The translations under genes were made by a program, and so were the position numbers. Source: Candidatus Thorarchaeota archaeon (GTDB lineage Archaea > Asgardarchaeota > Thorarchaeia > Thorarchaeales > Thorarchaeaceae). From it: a DNA stretch of 36,139 bases. Below, piece by piece: positions 16,001-25,046 of this stretch (positions are counted from its first letter, which is position 1; the number at the start of each line of letters is the position of its first letter). Under the pieces are notes generated by a model. It did not search any database and had not been told where the DNA came from. It worked only from the letters and a program-made list of their open reading frames with translations. The DNA lies in assembly GCA_016839445.1 (NCBI GenBank), contig JAEOUG010000125.1:1-36139 (forward strand), written 5' to 3'.

Positions 16001-16412
16001 TGATACGTTCCTGCGGCATGAAGACGAGAGGATTATCGGTTTCAAGACCAAAGGAATCTGAGAGCCGCCTCAGCTCTGCAGCCTTCACTCTCTTACCATC
16101 AATGTAGGACCTAGGTATGCCATCCCGGTCAATCTTCCGAATCAGTCTTTGACTCTGGCCGTTTAGCCTTACCTGAATCTCCACTTCCGCAGAGTTGGCG
16201 CCATGCCGGATGAAGTCGCTCCACTTCGAGTATCTGTTCTCTCTCTGATTGGACCCCAGACCAAACTTGAGGGCATGGAAGATTGATGATTTACCTGAAC
16301 CATTTGGACCTGCAATGACTGTGAGTCCCTTATCAAACGGTACTTCATCTGAATAGAACGAAAGGAAATTGCGCAGTCTTACTGCTTCGATGTGTACCGT
16401 CTTTTCACTCAA
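13044..16412 (-). CDS. smc: SMC-family ATPase, Smc5/6-like
   Basis: Walker A GPNGSGKSS, Q-loop FMPQERI, long coiled coils around a central hinge, signature SGGERS, Walker B/D-loop VMDEVDTFLD, and QFILLTP. Confidence 0.93.
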   Translation of the reverse strand: MSEKTVHIEAVRLRNFLSFYSDEVPFDKGLTVIAGPNGSGKSSIFHALKFGLGSNQRENRYSKWSDFIRHGANSAEVEIQVRLNGQSQRLIRKIDRDGIPRSYIDGKRVKAAELRRLSDSFGLETDNPLVFMPQERINALREMDPQEVRRLVEEGTGLDKLRNRITLQETEVAQSRIRLESALTESRSVEREIQLLQGDLTRLQRKRDLQQQESNLETELRWARQSDLTKRVEEAKAEIDEREAGIIDILEEQGSIESQIKEREVEESSARSSLEGMQKEIGHLDATLEQREKDLEKSQGETKKQVAEMRLLEGELKKDRDKRERSKSDLDRISATIEQHLEESRGLEREIQGVEEERSKIREDLTAFAEWNAKRSEAHGAYRTLQAEIEGKDLLMRSVRERMQIEEAELHSIESKSSHLWDSMEAADEKQLAATKAQLERKIASLNEERFRASSTSSQLQKEIDEIKTKLSEASERIPISVREVKAAIAEHGIASSTGPLLEMFTGKEEHSTPIEALLSGNMAFAFVTTDESDFQLIQKIRDKAKAPSPVILIKEHQDSEEKEIPQLKGVLGWLWDVLGMDEESKKVLSAVLGNFAFTEDAKTALRAAKKKGLPAVSQDGHVIIPDDTKVVSNPRSDPTGIISTTPLSSRLASAETSLTASRSRATEVISEIEKLTSEREETVNLLSQITRWSATWEKRKSLLSSIPNLQERIAVLDEELKGLQKDLGSAERELRKLDSTQPPERSRLVGQDSALKIKLRKHQGDLSKLERRLEFARRDEQQKRVELKKATENETMLSERITELREEIRAARDSASEHLEVIEQLKESRAELLNRRSALREEIQVTSQTLKELSQRLVELNVTVKDRRLQIVQAKRQMTNLQYELDSLSSQLEGLTRPDGIRNLETVRDELIRLRHILDDYQDISENVALTESRLKDRLGELSQRVAELSEELDEAEATVKDIRDQYLDGMNKALDEVEGEVNRILSTVKFPGSVRFKLEKHDGEYGVLFRTRIKTEGYGELSAGSGGERSLIAIGLILALQRFNPAPVYVMDEVDTFLDATNTELVSRLFHDASRRSQFILLTPAKSTHLLKHADKILGVVAPNGVEPSVIIESPSFKAQ

Positions 16413-16429
16413 TCTAGTTGTCCCCTAGA

Positions 16430-17587
16430 TCACTTGCCCATTATTCTCTGAAGTCTATCACTGCTCTTCTTAGCCCGCAGCAGTCTTGTCAGCCGCTCTT
16501 CTGCCGTGCCGTTCAACAGATGCGGGTGCTTGCTCAGGAATCCACGGTCCTCTGATGATAGAGGTAGTCCGTCATTCAGCACCTCAACGACCCTCTGCGT
16601 TCTCGCGTAGTCTTCTCCCACCGACATCAAATAGAGCTGGTCAATGAAGTCGTCCGGATACTCTGTTTCAACTCTGGACAGACTGGGAGATGCGCCGCGT
16701 TCCACCAAGTGAACGATGCTTCCTAGTGTCGCAGGGTCATTCAGAGGCATTACGCCGCTCTGCGCAATGAGCTTCTCCAGGTCATCGCGCTGCATGATGT
16801 TTGCTGACGCCTCGGTCATGACGAGGCTGACAGCCAACCGCTTGACTGACTGAAAACCCCACCCCTGTGTCAAATCCGCTAGCATGGCTGTGTCGATGTC
16901 CTTCCTGCCCTTCAGCACCCTCTCGAAGACACGAACGCGATCCTCTGAGGATGCAACCTCGATGACGAAGGTTCTGTCGAAAAGCGTCAGCATTTCTTCA
17001 TCGAGTTGGCTCGGCTTGGTCGTCGAAGCGATGAGTAGAACTTCGTCGTCATCCCATGACGTTCTGGATATCTCATCATGCAACGCAGCTGACCTCTCTG
17101 AGCCTGCTGGTGCGAGCATCTCGATTCTCTCCGCAAACATGATTGCTGGGGAGGACCTTCTTGCGAACTCAAACCCTACCCTTAGTGCATCTGCGCCTCT
17201 TTTCTTCTCATTGAGGATTTCTTCCTGTCTGAATGTGACGAGTTTGATGGGCACCTCGCGGCCCAAGAACCGCACAAATGCACCAAAGTCAGTTTCAGGA
17301 GGACCAATCAGTAGGACTCTGCCGCCTAATTCCAGTCCTGACTCAGCAAGCTTGTCTTTGAGCGATGTGAAGCGATTCAGGAGTGACTGGAACTCCATGG
17401 CCCGCTGCTCAACAGAATACTGATTGATCTGGTCTGCTGGCAGCTGCTCGGGCTCGACCAGCCTGACCGCCTCGGCAAATGTCTGCTCATCACTCAACGG
17501 TAAAACCTCAATGGTGGCATCGGGAACCACTTCCTGAACGCATATTACCCCTTCGAACCGGGAAGGCTTCCGCGCCCTTCCATGCAA
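16430..17587 (-). CDS. AAA+ (classical AAA clade) domain protein with degenerate catalytic motifs; start uncertain
   Basis: VLLIGPPETDFG at the Walker A position, ARRSSPAIMFAERIE at Walker B, and ASTTKPSQLDEEMLTLFDR at sensor 1/SRH; lid region LADLTQGW. Confidence 0.75.
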   Translation of the reverse strand: MHGRARKPSRFEGVICVQEVVPDATIEVLPLSDEQTFAEAVRLVEPEQLPADQINQYSVEQRAMEFQSLLNRFTSLKDKLAESGLELGGRVLLIGPPETDFGAFVRFLGREVPIKLVTFRQEEILNEKKRGADALRVGFEFARRSSPAIMFAERIEMLAPAGSERSAALHDEISRTSWDDDEVLLIASTTKPSQLDEEMLTLFDRTFVIEVASSEDRVRVFERVLKGRKDIDTAMLADLTQGWGFQSVKRLAVSLVMTEASANIMQRDDLEKLIAQSGVMPLNDPATLGSIVHLVERGASPSLSRVETEYPDDFIDQLYLMSVGEDYARTQRVVEVLNDGLPLSSEDRGFLSKHPHLLNGTAEERLTRLLRAKKSSDRLQRIMGK

Positions 17588-17633
17588 GGTTCACAAGCAT
17601 TAAGACGAAACCTGACAGGAGGGTCACGTTATC

Positions 17634-19337
17634 ATGAGCACTCAATCGGACCGACTAAGAGACCTTGTGAACTCAGTCATCACCACAGCCGAGAGCAGAG
17701 GGCTGTTTGTCCACTCCAAAGAGCTGGTCATTAGATACTCTCAGGACGACACCGGAAAGTCAAGCAAGACTCGTCGGGTTCCACTCATCGTTGGAGCATG
17801 TGTGTTGAATGCGCTGGTCCCGAGATCTGCGATGCTATTGGTGGGAGGTCATGGCGGCGGAAAGACAACGCTTGTCAAGGCGTTGGGACGTATGCTGACC
17901 GGAAGGAGCCTGGAGGAAATTGAGGATGGAATTCTCCGGGGGCATCCCCAGCTAACTGAAGAGAAGATGGTTGCCACACTGAAGCCCGGTCCTCTGATGA
18001 AGGATGGTGTGGAGGTGATTGTCTGGAGAAGGTTCGTCACCGACTTCTTCAAGATCATTGACGAGGTCAATCGACTGACCCCTCATGCCCAGAACATCCT
18101 GCTCTCACTTCTAGCAGAGGGGGAAGTCAAGTACTTCGACCAGGTTAGGCGCTGTGACGAGTTCTCTCTCTTTGCCACTCTGAATCCCGGTGATGCTGGC
18201 ACGTTTGAGCTCGGCCCTCCGTTCCTTGACAGATTCGGTATTGCAGTCCCCATCACAATGCCATCGATCAATGACCTGGAGCTGATCCTCTCATCCCGTG
18301 ACGAGAAGCTCTTCGGATTCGATGAGATGTGGCAGGTTCCGGCCATCCTGCGCATCGAAGACCTTCTGACAATCTGGAACCTTGCAGACAAGGTCGTAGT
18401 GCCGGAGGGTGTTTCCGAGTATATGCGGTCGCTGGTGAGGGAGTTCGGGGCATGCATGAGAGCGGACAAGAGCCAGTCCTCGGGTCTTACTGTGGAGACT
18501 GGTCTGTGTGATGGGTGTCACTTCAATACTGCAAAGAGTGTCTGCAACAAGGTCGTTCTTCCACTGAGCGTTCGGGCAGCAAAGGACCTCAATCGCTTCT
18601 CAAAGGCTGCAGCATGGCTGGTGGGGGCGACGGAGGTTTCCGTCGATATCGTGAAGACTCTAGCCCCACTTGTCTTCTGGCATCGCACAAGATTCGTTGG
18701 CGAAGAACTCGAGAGGGCCCCCTTCTACGGGGATCGTTTCGCGTACGCGAGCCACCTTGTAGAGCTGGCATCGTCAAGGTTTGTGGAGCGCTCAACGGCA
18801 ATCCTGTTGATGAAGAAGCTCAGAATAGGAGAGGACTCGAAGGAGTCCGCCGACCAGTTGCAGGAGATGGCCAAGAGTGACCTATTGGTCCGTCTGGACT
18901 ACGCAGAGCTTGCCCGAGACCTCAAGAAACAGAAGTACGTGAAAATCATTCGTGCTATCGATTCGGCAATGAGCAAGGGTGGAGTTGACTCCCTTACGGC
19001 AATCCTGGAGGAGCTTCAGAAGGACACTGAGATTCCAAACCGTCCCATGCTCATCAACAGAGTCACGGAGGCCCTACACAGAATCACCTTGACACAATAC
19101 GAGATGACCTTCGAGGATTGGTCTGAAATGTGGACAATGATTAGTCTGAAGCATCCACAGCTGACACAGATACTGAAGGAAACTCTGGATCCTCCAAAGC
19201 GCCGTGTCGCGCGCGCAAACGGTCTTACTGTTGTAGTCTACGTTACAGGTAACGCAATGGACTCACGCGTGTTTCTTGAGGTGTCCGGGGGCAAGGAGGC
19301 GTTAGAACTGCGTGAAGCCATTGAAAAGCAGATTTGA
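17634..19337 (+). CDS. MoxR-family AAA+ ATPase with a Cys-rich insert
   Basis: GGHGGGKTT, IIDEVNR, ATLNP, FLDRF and SVRA (sensor 2). Insert C-x15-CDGC-x8-C. Confidence 0.85.
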   Translation: MSTQSDRLRDLVNSVITTAESRGLFVHSKELVIRYSQDDTGKSSKTRRVPLIVGACVLNALVPRSAMLLVGGHGGGKTTLVKALGRMLTGRSLEEIEDGILRGHPQLTEEKMVATLKPGPLMKDGVEVIVWRRFVTDFFKIIDEVNRLTPHAQNILLSLLAEGEVKYFDQVRRCDEFSLFATLNPGDAGTFELGPPFLDRFGIAVPITMPSINDLELILSSRDEKLFGFDEMWQVPAILRIEDLLTIWNLADKVVVPEGVSEYMRSLVREFGACMRADKSQSSGLTVETGLCDGCHFNTAKSVCNKVVLPLSVRAAKDLNRFSKAAAWLVGATEVSVDIVKTLAPLVFWHRTRFVGEELERAPFYGDRFAYASHLVELASSRFVERSTAILLMKKLRIGEDSKESADQLQEMAKSDLLVRLDYAELARDLKKQKYVKIIRAIDSAMSKGGVDSLTAILEELQKDTEIPNRPMLINRVTEALHRITLTQYEMTFEDWSEMWTMISLKHPQLTQILKETLDPPKRRVARANGLTVVVYVTGNAMDSRVFLEVSGGKEALELREAIEKQI

Positions 19338-19355
19338 AACTAGGAGCGGACAACG

Positions 19356-21083
19356 ATGTCGGTTGGAGCTAGGGATGCCCTGCCAGATTCCCACCTCCTC
19401 GCAGTCGCCAGAAGGGCATGGGATCTCGCCGTCATCGACTTCTTCCATCCTCCGCTGCCAGAGCCGGTCATTGAGCACTCACCGGATGCGTCTAGCTTCT
19501 TCTACATCGATTCTTCCAGCTGGACTGTCCATCTGAACACAGCCGGTGTGCCTCTCTACCTTGGAGGGCCTGAAACCGAAGGTTTCCTGAGATCGGTTTG
19601 CCATCACGAGATACAGCACTATCTTCTCTGCCCCTTTGACGGGGTTACCTCAGGAATGATGTTCGCTGGTGCACGTAGGCATCTGAACAATGATCTGGCC
19701 ATGTTTGTGGTCAACCTCTTTGCAGATCTCGTTGTTGAGAGCAGCCTACTGCGGAGATATCCCTCTCTTACCCACTCGAGGATCATGGCCTCGATTCATG
19801 AGTCGAGTCTTCGTATGTCAGAACATAGTCGACTGTGGAAGCTCATAGTTGCTTGCCATCGTGCCATGTGGGGTTTTCCTCTCCCAGCGACCGCGCAAGT
19901 AACGAGTGACGACTATGCTATGGCGCAAGAGATTGTGCGGATCGCAAGGCAATCAATCGACAACGAGAGACGATGGCCACGAGCCTGCGAGAAGATCGCT
20001 GAGGCTATCGCGGAGTGGATGCCAGAGGATGAGGAGCTCTTCGACAAGGGCGCAGAGGGAGCCAAGTCCGCTGTAACCGTCGTTGATGGGGGCTCCGGGG
20101 TCTTCGTACCCGTTGATGTCGATGCGGTCATGGGCAGTCCTCTTGAGAACAGAAACGGCGACATGGCCAGAAAATGCATTCCGGGAGCGGAACAGGGTGG
20201 GAGCGACACTGAAAGAGAACGTCTTGCGAGATTGGTGAACGACAGAGGAGGCAATCTTGAAGATCTTGAAGCTGTCTACATCTTGGCGGGAATCGGCGTT
20301 GAGGACAGGGAGTGGGTTAGATTCTGGTATCGCGCAAAAGCGAGTGACATCATCAGATTCGACGTGAGGGCACCCAAGCTCTCTGGGTCTCTCCCAGTCA
20401 CTCCGGAGTTGTGGCGACTTGGTGATCCCGTCGAGGAACTTGATGTGGTGCAGTCCCTTCAAGCCTTCCCGGTATTAGTGCCAAACATGTCAACTCGTCG
20501 TTGGCAAAGGATGGAGCCGCCTGGGTCCTCAGACTCCGAGTCGCTTCCTGACCTGCTTCTAGTCATTGATTCAAGTGGATCGATGACTTGGAGGATGTCA
20601 AGCAAGAGGGTAGCTGGGCCATACCATACCGCTTTGGTGGCTGCCTTTGCTGCTATGAACTTCGCAGTGAAGAATGGACGACGGATTGCCGCAATCAACT
20701 TCTCTGATGGCACGAAGACATGCGATTGGTCAACGGAGCGGAAGGAAGTCGAGCGGACTCTCCTGACCTATCAGGGAGGAGGGACTGTCGCACCGGTCAA
20801 GTCCATAGAGGGAATGTGTAATGCAAGCGAGTCCAGAGTACTGGCGATAGTCATCACCGATGCAGAGATTGTCAACTGGTCTCATTTGATCAGGAGCGTG
20901 TCAGTCCTCTCTCGGAGAGGTCACAGGCTTGTCTTCTTCCACATAGGGTCGGGGAGCTCATCTCGTGACAAGAAGACTCACGACTCGATACGATCTGCAG
21001 GTGCGGCGGTATACGGAATCAAGTCCCCGAAGGACCTCCCAAGGCTTGTTGTAAGAGAGGTTCGCTCGGCTTACTCCTCCTAG
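19356..21083 (+). CDS. VWA-domain protein with an N-terminal HExxH (zincin-like) domain
   Basis: HHEIQH followed by NLFAD; MIDAS motif DSSGS...GGGT...ITD. Confidence 0.85.
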   Translation: MSVGARDALPDSHLLAVARRAWDLAVIDFFHPPLPEPVIEHSPDASSFFYIDSSSWTVHLNTAGVPLYLGGPETEGFLRSVCHHEIQHYLLCPFDGVTSGMMFAGARRHLNNDLAMFVVNLFADLVVESSLLRRYPSLTHSRIMASIHESSLRMSEHSRLWKLIVACHRAMWGFPLPATAQVTSDDYAMAQEIVRIARQSIDNERRWPRACEKIAEAIAEWMPEDEELFDKGAEGAKSAVTVVDGGSGVFVPVDVDAVMGSPLENRNGDMARKCIPGAEQGGSDTERERLARLVNDRGGNLEDLEAVYILAGIGVEDREWVRFWYRAKASDIIRFDVRAPKLSGSLPVTPELWRLGDPVEELDVVQSLQAFPVLVPNMSTRRWQRMEPPGSSDSESLPDLLLVIDSSGSMTWRMSSKRVAGPYHTALVAAFAAMNFAVKNGRRIAAINFSDGTKTCDWSTERKEVERTLLTYQGGGTVAPVKSIEGMCNASESRVLAIVITDAEIVNWSHLIRSVSVLSRRGHRLVFFHIGSGSSSRDKKTHDSIRSAGAAVYGIKSPKDLPRLVVREVRSAYSS

Positions 21084-21174
21084 ACACCTTAGCAAGACCC
21101 AAACTTTTATCTCGCGCGTGATTGGGCAGACGAATCGTAGCCTGCTTCAGAAAGGCTCTCGAGGCTGTTCTCAC

Positions 21175-22017
21175 ATGTACAAGATTCTGGAGAAGAAGGT
21201 ACTCAATCCTGTGACTAAGATGAACGTGATTGCGGCTCCTGATATCGCGAAGGTCTGCAAACCTGGCCAGTTTGTGATGATCAGAGTGAACGAAACCGGC
21301 GAGCGGTTTCCATTGACGATTGCTGACTTCGACCGCAAGAAGGGGACAATCACGATTGTCTATCAAGAGGTCGGGAAGTCAACCAAGCTTCTTGGGAGTA
21401 TGGAGAAGGGCGAATCACTACTAGATTTCATTGGCCCCCTTGGAAAGCCATCCCCCACCGACAAGGTCTACGGTACAGTTGTTGCCATTGGTGGAGGTTG
21501 TGGCAGTGCTATTGTATATCCTGTGGCACGAGCATTCAAAGAGTCGGGCAACAAGCTGATCACCATCAACGGAGCCCGAAGCATGGATCTCCTGCTCTAT
21601 CAGGACGAAATGGAGGCGATAAGTGATGAGTCCTACATTACCACAGACGACGGCACTTGTGGTGTTCACGGCTTCGTCACTACAGTATTGGGAGAATTGA
21701 TTCAACAGGGCCGTCAGATTGACCTGGTCTTCGCAGTTGGCCCAGTGCCAATGATGAAGTTTGTATCCAAGACAACAGAGGCGCCAAAGATACACACGCT
21801 TGTAAGCCTCAATAGCATCATGGTTGACGGCACAGGGATGTGCGGTGCTTGTCGTGTAACAGTCGGAGGTCAGATGAAATTCGCCTGCGTAGACGGGCCC
21901 GAGTTTGATGGACATCAGGTGGACTTCAACGAGTTGATGGGCCGCCTGAATGCATATGTCGACTACGAGAAGGTCTCTGATGAAGCATGGGAGAAGGCTC
22001 ATGGAGGTGGCAAATGA
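21175..22017 (+). CDS. nfnA: NADH-dependent reduced ferredoxin:NADP+ oxidoreductase small subunit (NfnA/SudB)
   Basis: PGQFVMIR...ERFPLTIAD, GPLG, GPVPMMK and MVDGTGMCGACRV...ACVDGPEFD. Start taken at ATG 21175. Confidence 0.93.
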   Translation: MYKILEKKVLNPVTKMNVIAAPDIAKVCKPGQFVMIRVNETGERFPLTIADFDRKKGTITIVYQEVGKSTKLLGSMEKGESLLDFIGPLGKPSPTDKVYGTVVAIGGGCGSAIVYPVARAFKESGNKLITINGARSMDLLLYQDEMEAISDESYITTDDGTCGVHGFVTTVLGELIQQGRQIDLVFAVGPVPMMKFVSKTTEAPKIHTLVSLNSIMVDGTGMCGACRVTVGGQMKFACVDGPEFDGHQVDFNELMGRLNAYVDYEKVSDEAWEKAHGGGK

Positions 22018-23432
22018 TGTCTGACACTCCTAAGCGAGAGAGGAAGCCACCGACAAAGAAGGTGCCCATGCCAGAGCAGGATCCAAAAGCCAGGAGCAAG
22101 AACTTCGACGAGGTTGCACTTGGCTACACTGCAGAGCAGGCCATGGAGGAGGCGGAGAAGTGCCTCCAGTGCAGGAACCCCAAGTGCATCAGTGGTTGCC
22201 CCGTTGAGGTGCCAATCAAAGAGTTCATCGAACTGGTCCGAGAGGGGAAGTTCGCTGAGGCCGCTCTGAAGATAAAGGAGACAAACAGCCTTCCCGCAGT
22301 CTGCGGTAGAGTATGTCCCCAAGAGACTCAGTGCGAGCAATCCTGCATCTACGGGATTCGCAATGAGCCTATTGCGATTGGACGACTTGAGCGGTTCGTG
22401 GCGGATTACGCCCGTGAGAGAGGAGAGGAGCTCCCCAAGCTTCCCAAGAAGCTTGGGAAGAGAATAGCCATCATTGGGGGCGGTCCGGCGGGCCTCACTT
22501 GCGCCGGTGACCTGATTCGCCTTGGTTATGATGTGACCATCTTCGAGGCGTTCCACAAGGCGGGAGGAGTCCTCGTATATGGGATCCCCGAGTTCAGGCT
22601 GCCCAAGTCCATCGTCAAGGCTGAGGTTGACTACCTGAAGCGACTTGGCGTTGAGATTCGATACAACTACGTAGTAGGGAAGATACGAAACGTAATGGAC
22701 CTGATGAAGGAAGACGGGTATGATGCGGTCTTCATCGGGACTGGAGCTGGAGCTCCAAACTTCATGAGAATCGCTGGCATGAACCTTGTCACAGTCTTCT
22801 CAGCAAACGAGCTGCTGACACGGACCAACCTCATGAAGGGGTACAAGTTCCCTGAATACGATACACCCGTGAAGGTTGGCAAGAAGGTGGCTGTAATAGG
22901 CGGAGGCAACGTGGCGATGGACGCCGCAAGGACCTCCCTGCGGCTTGGGGCTGAACAGGTGTACATTGTGTACCGAAGATCGATGGAGGAGCTTCCGGCG
23001 AGAGCAGAAGAGGTTCACCATGCAGAAGAGGAAGGTGTCCAGTTTCGTTTGCTTGTGAACCCCACTGAGGTCATTGGCGACGAGAAAGGTCATGTCATTG
23101 GTATGAAGTGTGTGAAGATGGAGCTGGGAGAGCCTGATGAATCAGGGAGGCGAAGGCCTATTCCTATTCCTGACTCAGAGTTCGTCTTCGATGTAGACAC
23201 GGTGGTTGTAGCCATTGGGAACTCTCCAAATCCAATTGTGCCTGAGTCCATTCCTGGCCTCGAGATATCACGATGGGGGACCATCGTCATTGATGAGGAA
23301 ACGGGGATGAGTTCTGTTCCGGGCATATTCGCTGGCGGTGACATCGTCACAGGTGCAGCAACCGTGATTAGTGCCATGGGTGCAGGGAAGATCGCTGCTC
23401 GAGGTATTCACAAGTATCTCAATGAGAAGTAG
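22014..23432 (+). CDS. nfnB: Nfn large subunit (NfnB/SudA, GltD-like)
   Basis: CLQC..PKC..GCP, CGRVCPQE.QCE, GGGPAG, YGIPEFRLP, GGGNVAMDAAR and FAGGD. ATGA overlap with the nfnA stop; GGAGGTG SD. Confidence 0.93.
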   Translation: MMSDTPKRERKPPTKKVPMPEQDPKARSKNFDEVALGYTAEQAMEEAEKCLQCRNPKCISGCPVEVPIKEFIELVREGKFAEAALKIKETNSLPAVCGRVCPQETQCEQSCIYGIRNEPIAIGRLERFVADYARERGEELPKLPKKLGKRIAIIGGGPAGLTCAGDLIRLGYDVTIFEAFHKAGGVLVYGIPEFRLPKSIVKAEVDYLKRLGVEIRYNYVVGKIRNVMDLMKEDGYDAVFIGTGAGAPNFMRIAGMNLVTVFSANELLTRTNLMKGYKFPEYDTPVKVGKKVAVIGGGNVAMDAARTSLRLGAEQVYIVYRRSMEELPARAEEVHHAEEEGVQFRLLVNPTEVIGDEKGHVIGMKCVKMELGEPDESGRRRPIPIPDSEFVFDVDTVVVAIGNSPNPIVPESIPGLEISRWGTIVIDEETGMSSVPGIFAGGDIVTGAATVISAMGAGKIAARGIHKYLNEK

Positions 23433-23508
23433 TCTGGTTGCACTCTGCCGCCCTTCACCTGCACTATTGATAAGGACGCCAGACATAGAAGTGGCAGCGG
23501 CGCAGGAT

Positions 23509-25035
23509 GTGTTGTCCTTGGAGAAGGAGCCCATTAGCACACTAGAAATGCGAATTGTGGAGCGGAATGCCGAGTACCTTGGCATATCCCACAGCCTGCT
23601 TATGCAGAATGCGGGACGAGAGGTCGCCAGGGTCATATCGAAGAATGAGAAGGTTCGCGGGAAGAGAATCTCTATTGTGTGCGGGCTGGGTGGCAACGGC
23701 GGCGATGGAATGGTGGCCGCACGCTACCTTGACGAGGAAGGTGCGTCTGTCGAGGTCTTTCTAGTCGGTAGTGAGAGCTCGATATCAAGTGAGGACACAC
23801 TCATGAATTGGGAGATCCTCCTTGGTCTGGACAACATCAGTACCTCGGTTCTCTCCACAGAGTCAGCAGTCCGTTCATGCAAGAGCATTCTGGATGCTGA
23901 CATTGTCATTGACGCGTTGATGGGCTTTGGCCTGCGCTCGAAGCTCAGAGAACCCCTGCTATCGGCGGTGCGGCAAGTAAACAAGGCAAGCGGCACCAAG
24001 TACGCAATCGACATGCCAACAGGTATTGATTCTGACACGGGAGAGGTACATGGTAGCGCCGTGAAGGCAGACCACACAGTATCATTGCATGCGGAGAAGA
24101 GAGGTCTCCGGGGTGCTGAAGAGCATGCGGGCAAGCTGCATGTGGTATCGTTGGGCATTCCTGCGGAAACCAAGTATACATGCGGCCCTGGCGACCTGAT
24201 ACCGTTCAGCTCTCCGCGTAGCCTTACGGCCAAGAAGGGCGACTTCGGCCGTGTGCTTGTTGTGGGTGGAAGCGACGTCTTCTCAGGAGCACCTGCTCTC
24301 TCTGCTCTGGCCGCGTTGAGAACAGGATCCGATCTGGTCACAGTCCTCGCTCCTGAACCCATGTTAACGCCTATCCGTTCCTTCAGCCCAAACCTAATGG
24401 TAGAGAGCCTCGGCACTTCCATACTACTGCCAGAATCTGCCAGCGACGTTGAACAGAAGGCCAGAATGAACGACTCTATTGCACTTGGACCTGGACTCGG
24501 ACAGGACCAGCAGACCCGGCTGGCAGTCATTACAATCACTGAGAACCTCTCAAAGCAGTCCTTCCCCACGGTTCTGGACGCAGATGGGCTCAAGGCCTTG
24601 GCGGCATCTGAGTTGGAGCTCAATCCTGAATCTACGGTTCTTACTCCTCACTGGGGAGAGCTAAAGACTATCATGGACAGAGATCTTGGGTCTGCCACCG
24701 ACTTGGGAAATCGCAGAAAGCAGGCTCTAGAGTGTGCGAAGCTGTTCAACAGCGTGGTCTTGCTCAAGGGTCCGGTCGATGTGGTTGCTCACCCCGATGG
24801 GACATTCAAGCTCAATCACACTGGCGTGCCTGCAATGACTGTTGGCGGCACTGGTGATGTTCTCACTGGAATTGTAGCATCCCTGCTGGGTCAGGGTGGC
24901 AACGCGTTCAGGGCTGCCTGCGCTGCAGCTTACATCTCGGGGACTGCAGGTGAATTCGCGCATGCCAAGTTAGGCGACCATCTCCTTGCTACTGATTGCA
25001 TCGATGAGATACCCTTTGCATTTGAGTGGGAGTAG
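23509..25035 (+). CDS. nnr: Bifunctional NAD(P)HX epimerase/dehydratase (YjeF_N plus carbohydrate kinase domain)
   Basis: LMQNAG, GGNGGDG, DALMGFG, IDMPTG, KGDFGRVLVVGGS, DADGL, LTPH.GE and GGTGDVLTG. Start estimated. Confidence 0.93.
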   Translation: MLSLEKEPISTLEMRIVERNAEYLGISHSLLMQNAGREVARVISKNEKVRGKRISIVCGLGGNGGDGMVAARYLDEEGASVEVFLVGSESSISSEDTLMNWEILLGLDNISTSVLSTESAVRSCKSILDADIVIDALMGFGLRSKLREPLLSAVRQVNKASGTKYAIDMPTGIDSDTGEVHGSAVKADHTVSLHAEKRGLRGAEEHAGKLHVVSLGIPAETKYTCGPGDLIPFSSPRSLTAKKGDFGRVLVVGGSDVFSGAPALSALAALRTGSDLVTVLAPEPMLTPIRSFSPNLMVESLGTSILLPESASDVEQKARMNDSIALGPGLGQDQQTRLAVITITENLSKQSFPTVLDADGLKALAASELELNPESTVLTPHWGELKTIMDRDLGSATDLGNRRKQALECAKLFNSVVLLKGPVDVVAHPDGTFKLNHTGVPAMTVGGTGDVLTGIVASLLGQGGNAFRAACAAAYISGTAGEFAHAKLGDHLLATDCIDEIPFAFEWE

Positions 25036-25046
25036 GTCAACTTATC

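Noticed and set aside
13044-16412. SMC cluster as Wadjet (JetABCD) or Rad50/Mre11
   Set aside because: There is no Toprim JetD nuclease or adjacent Mre11, the SMC has a hinge rather than a CxxC zinc hook, and the metallophosphoesterase lies about 10 kb away in another context.
23724-24623. Long antisense ORFs (this one, 14293-15039, 4071-4655 and others)
   Set aside because: They are shadow frames opposite well-supported genes and carry no motifs.
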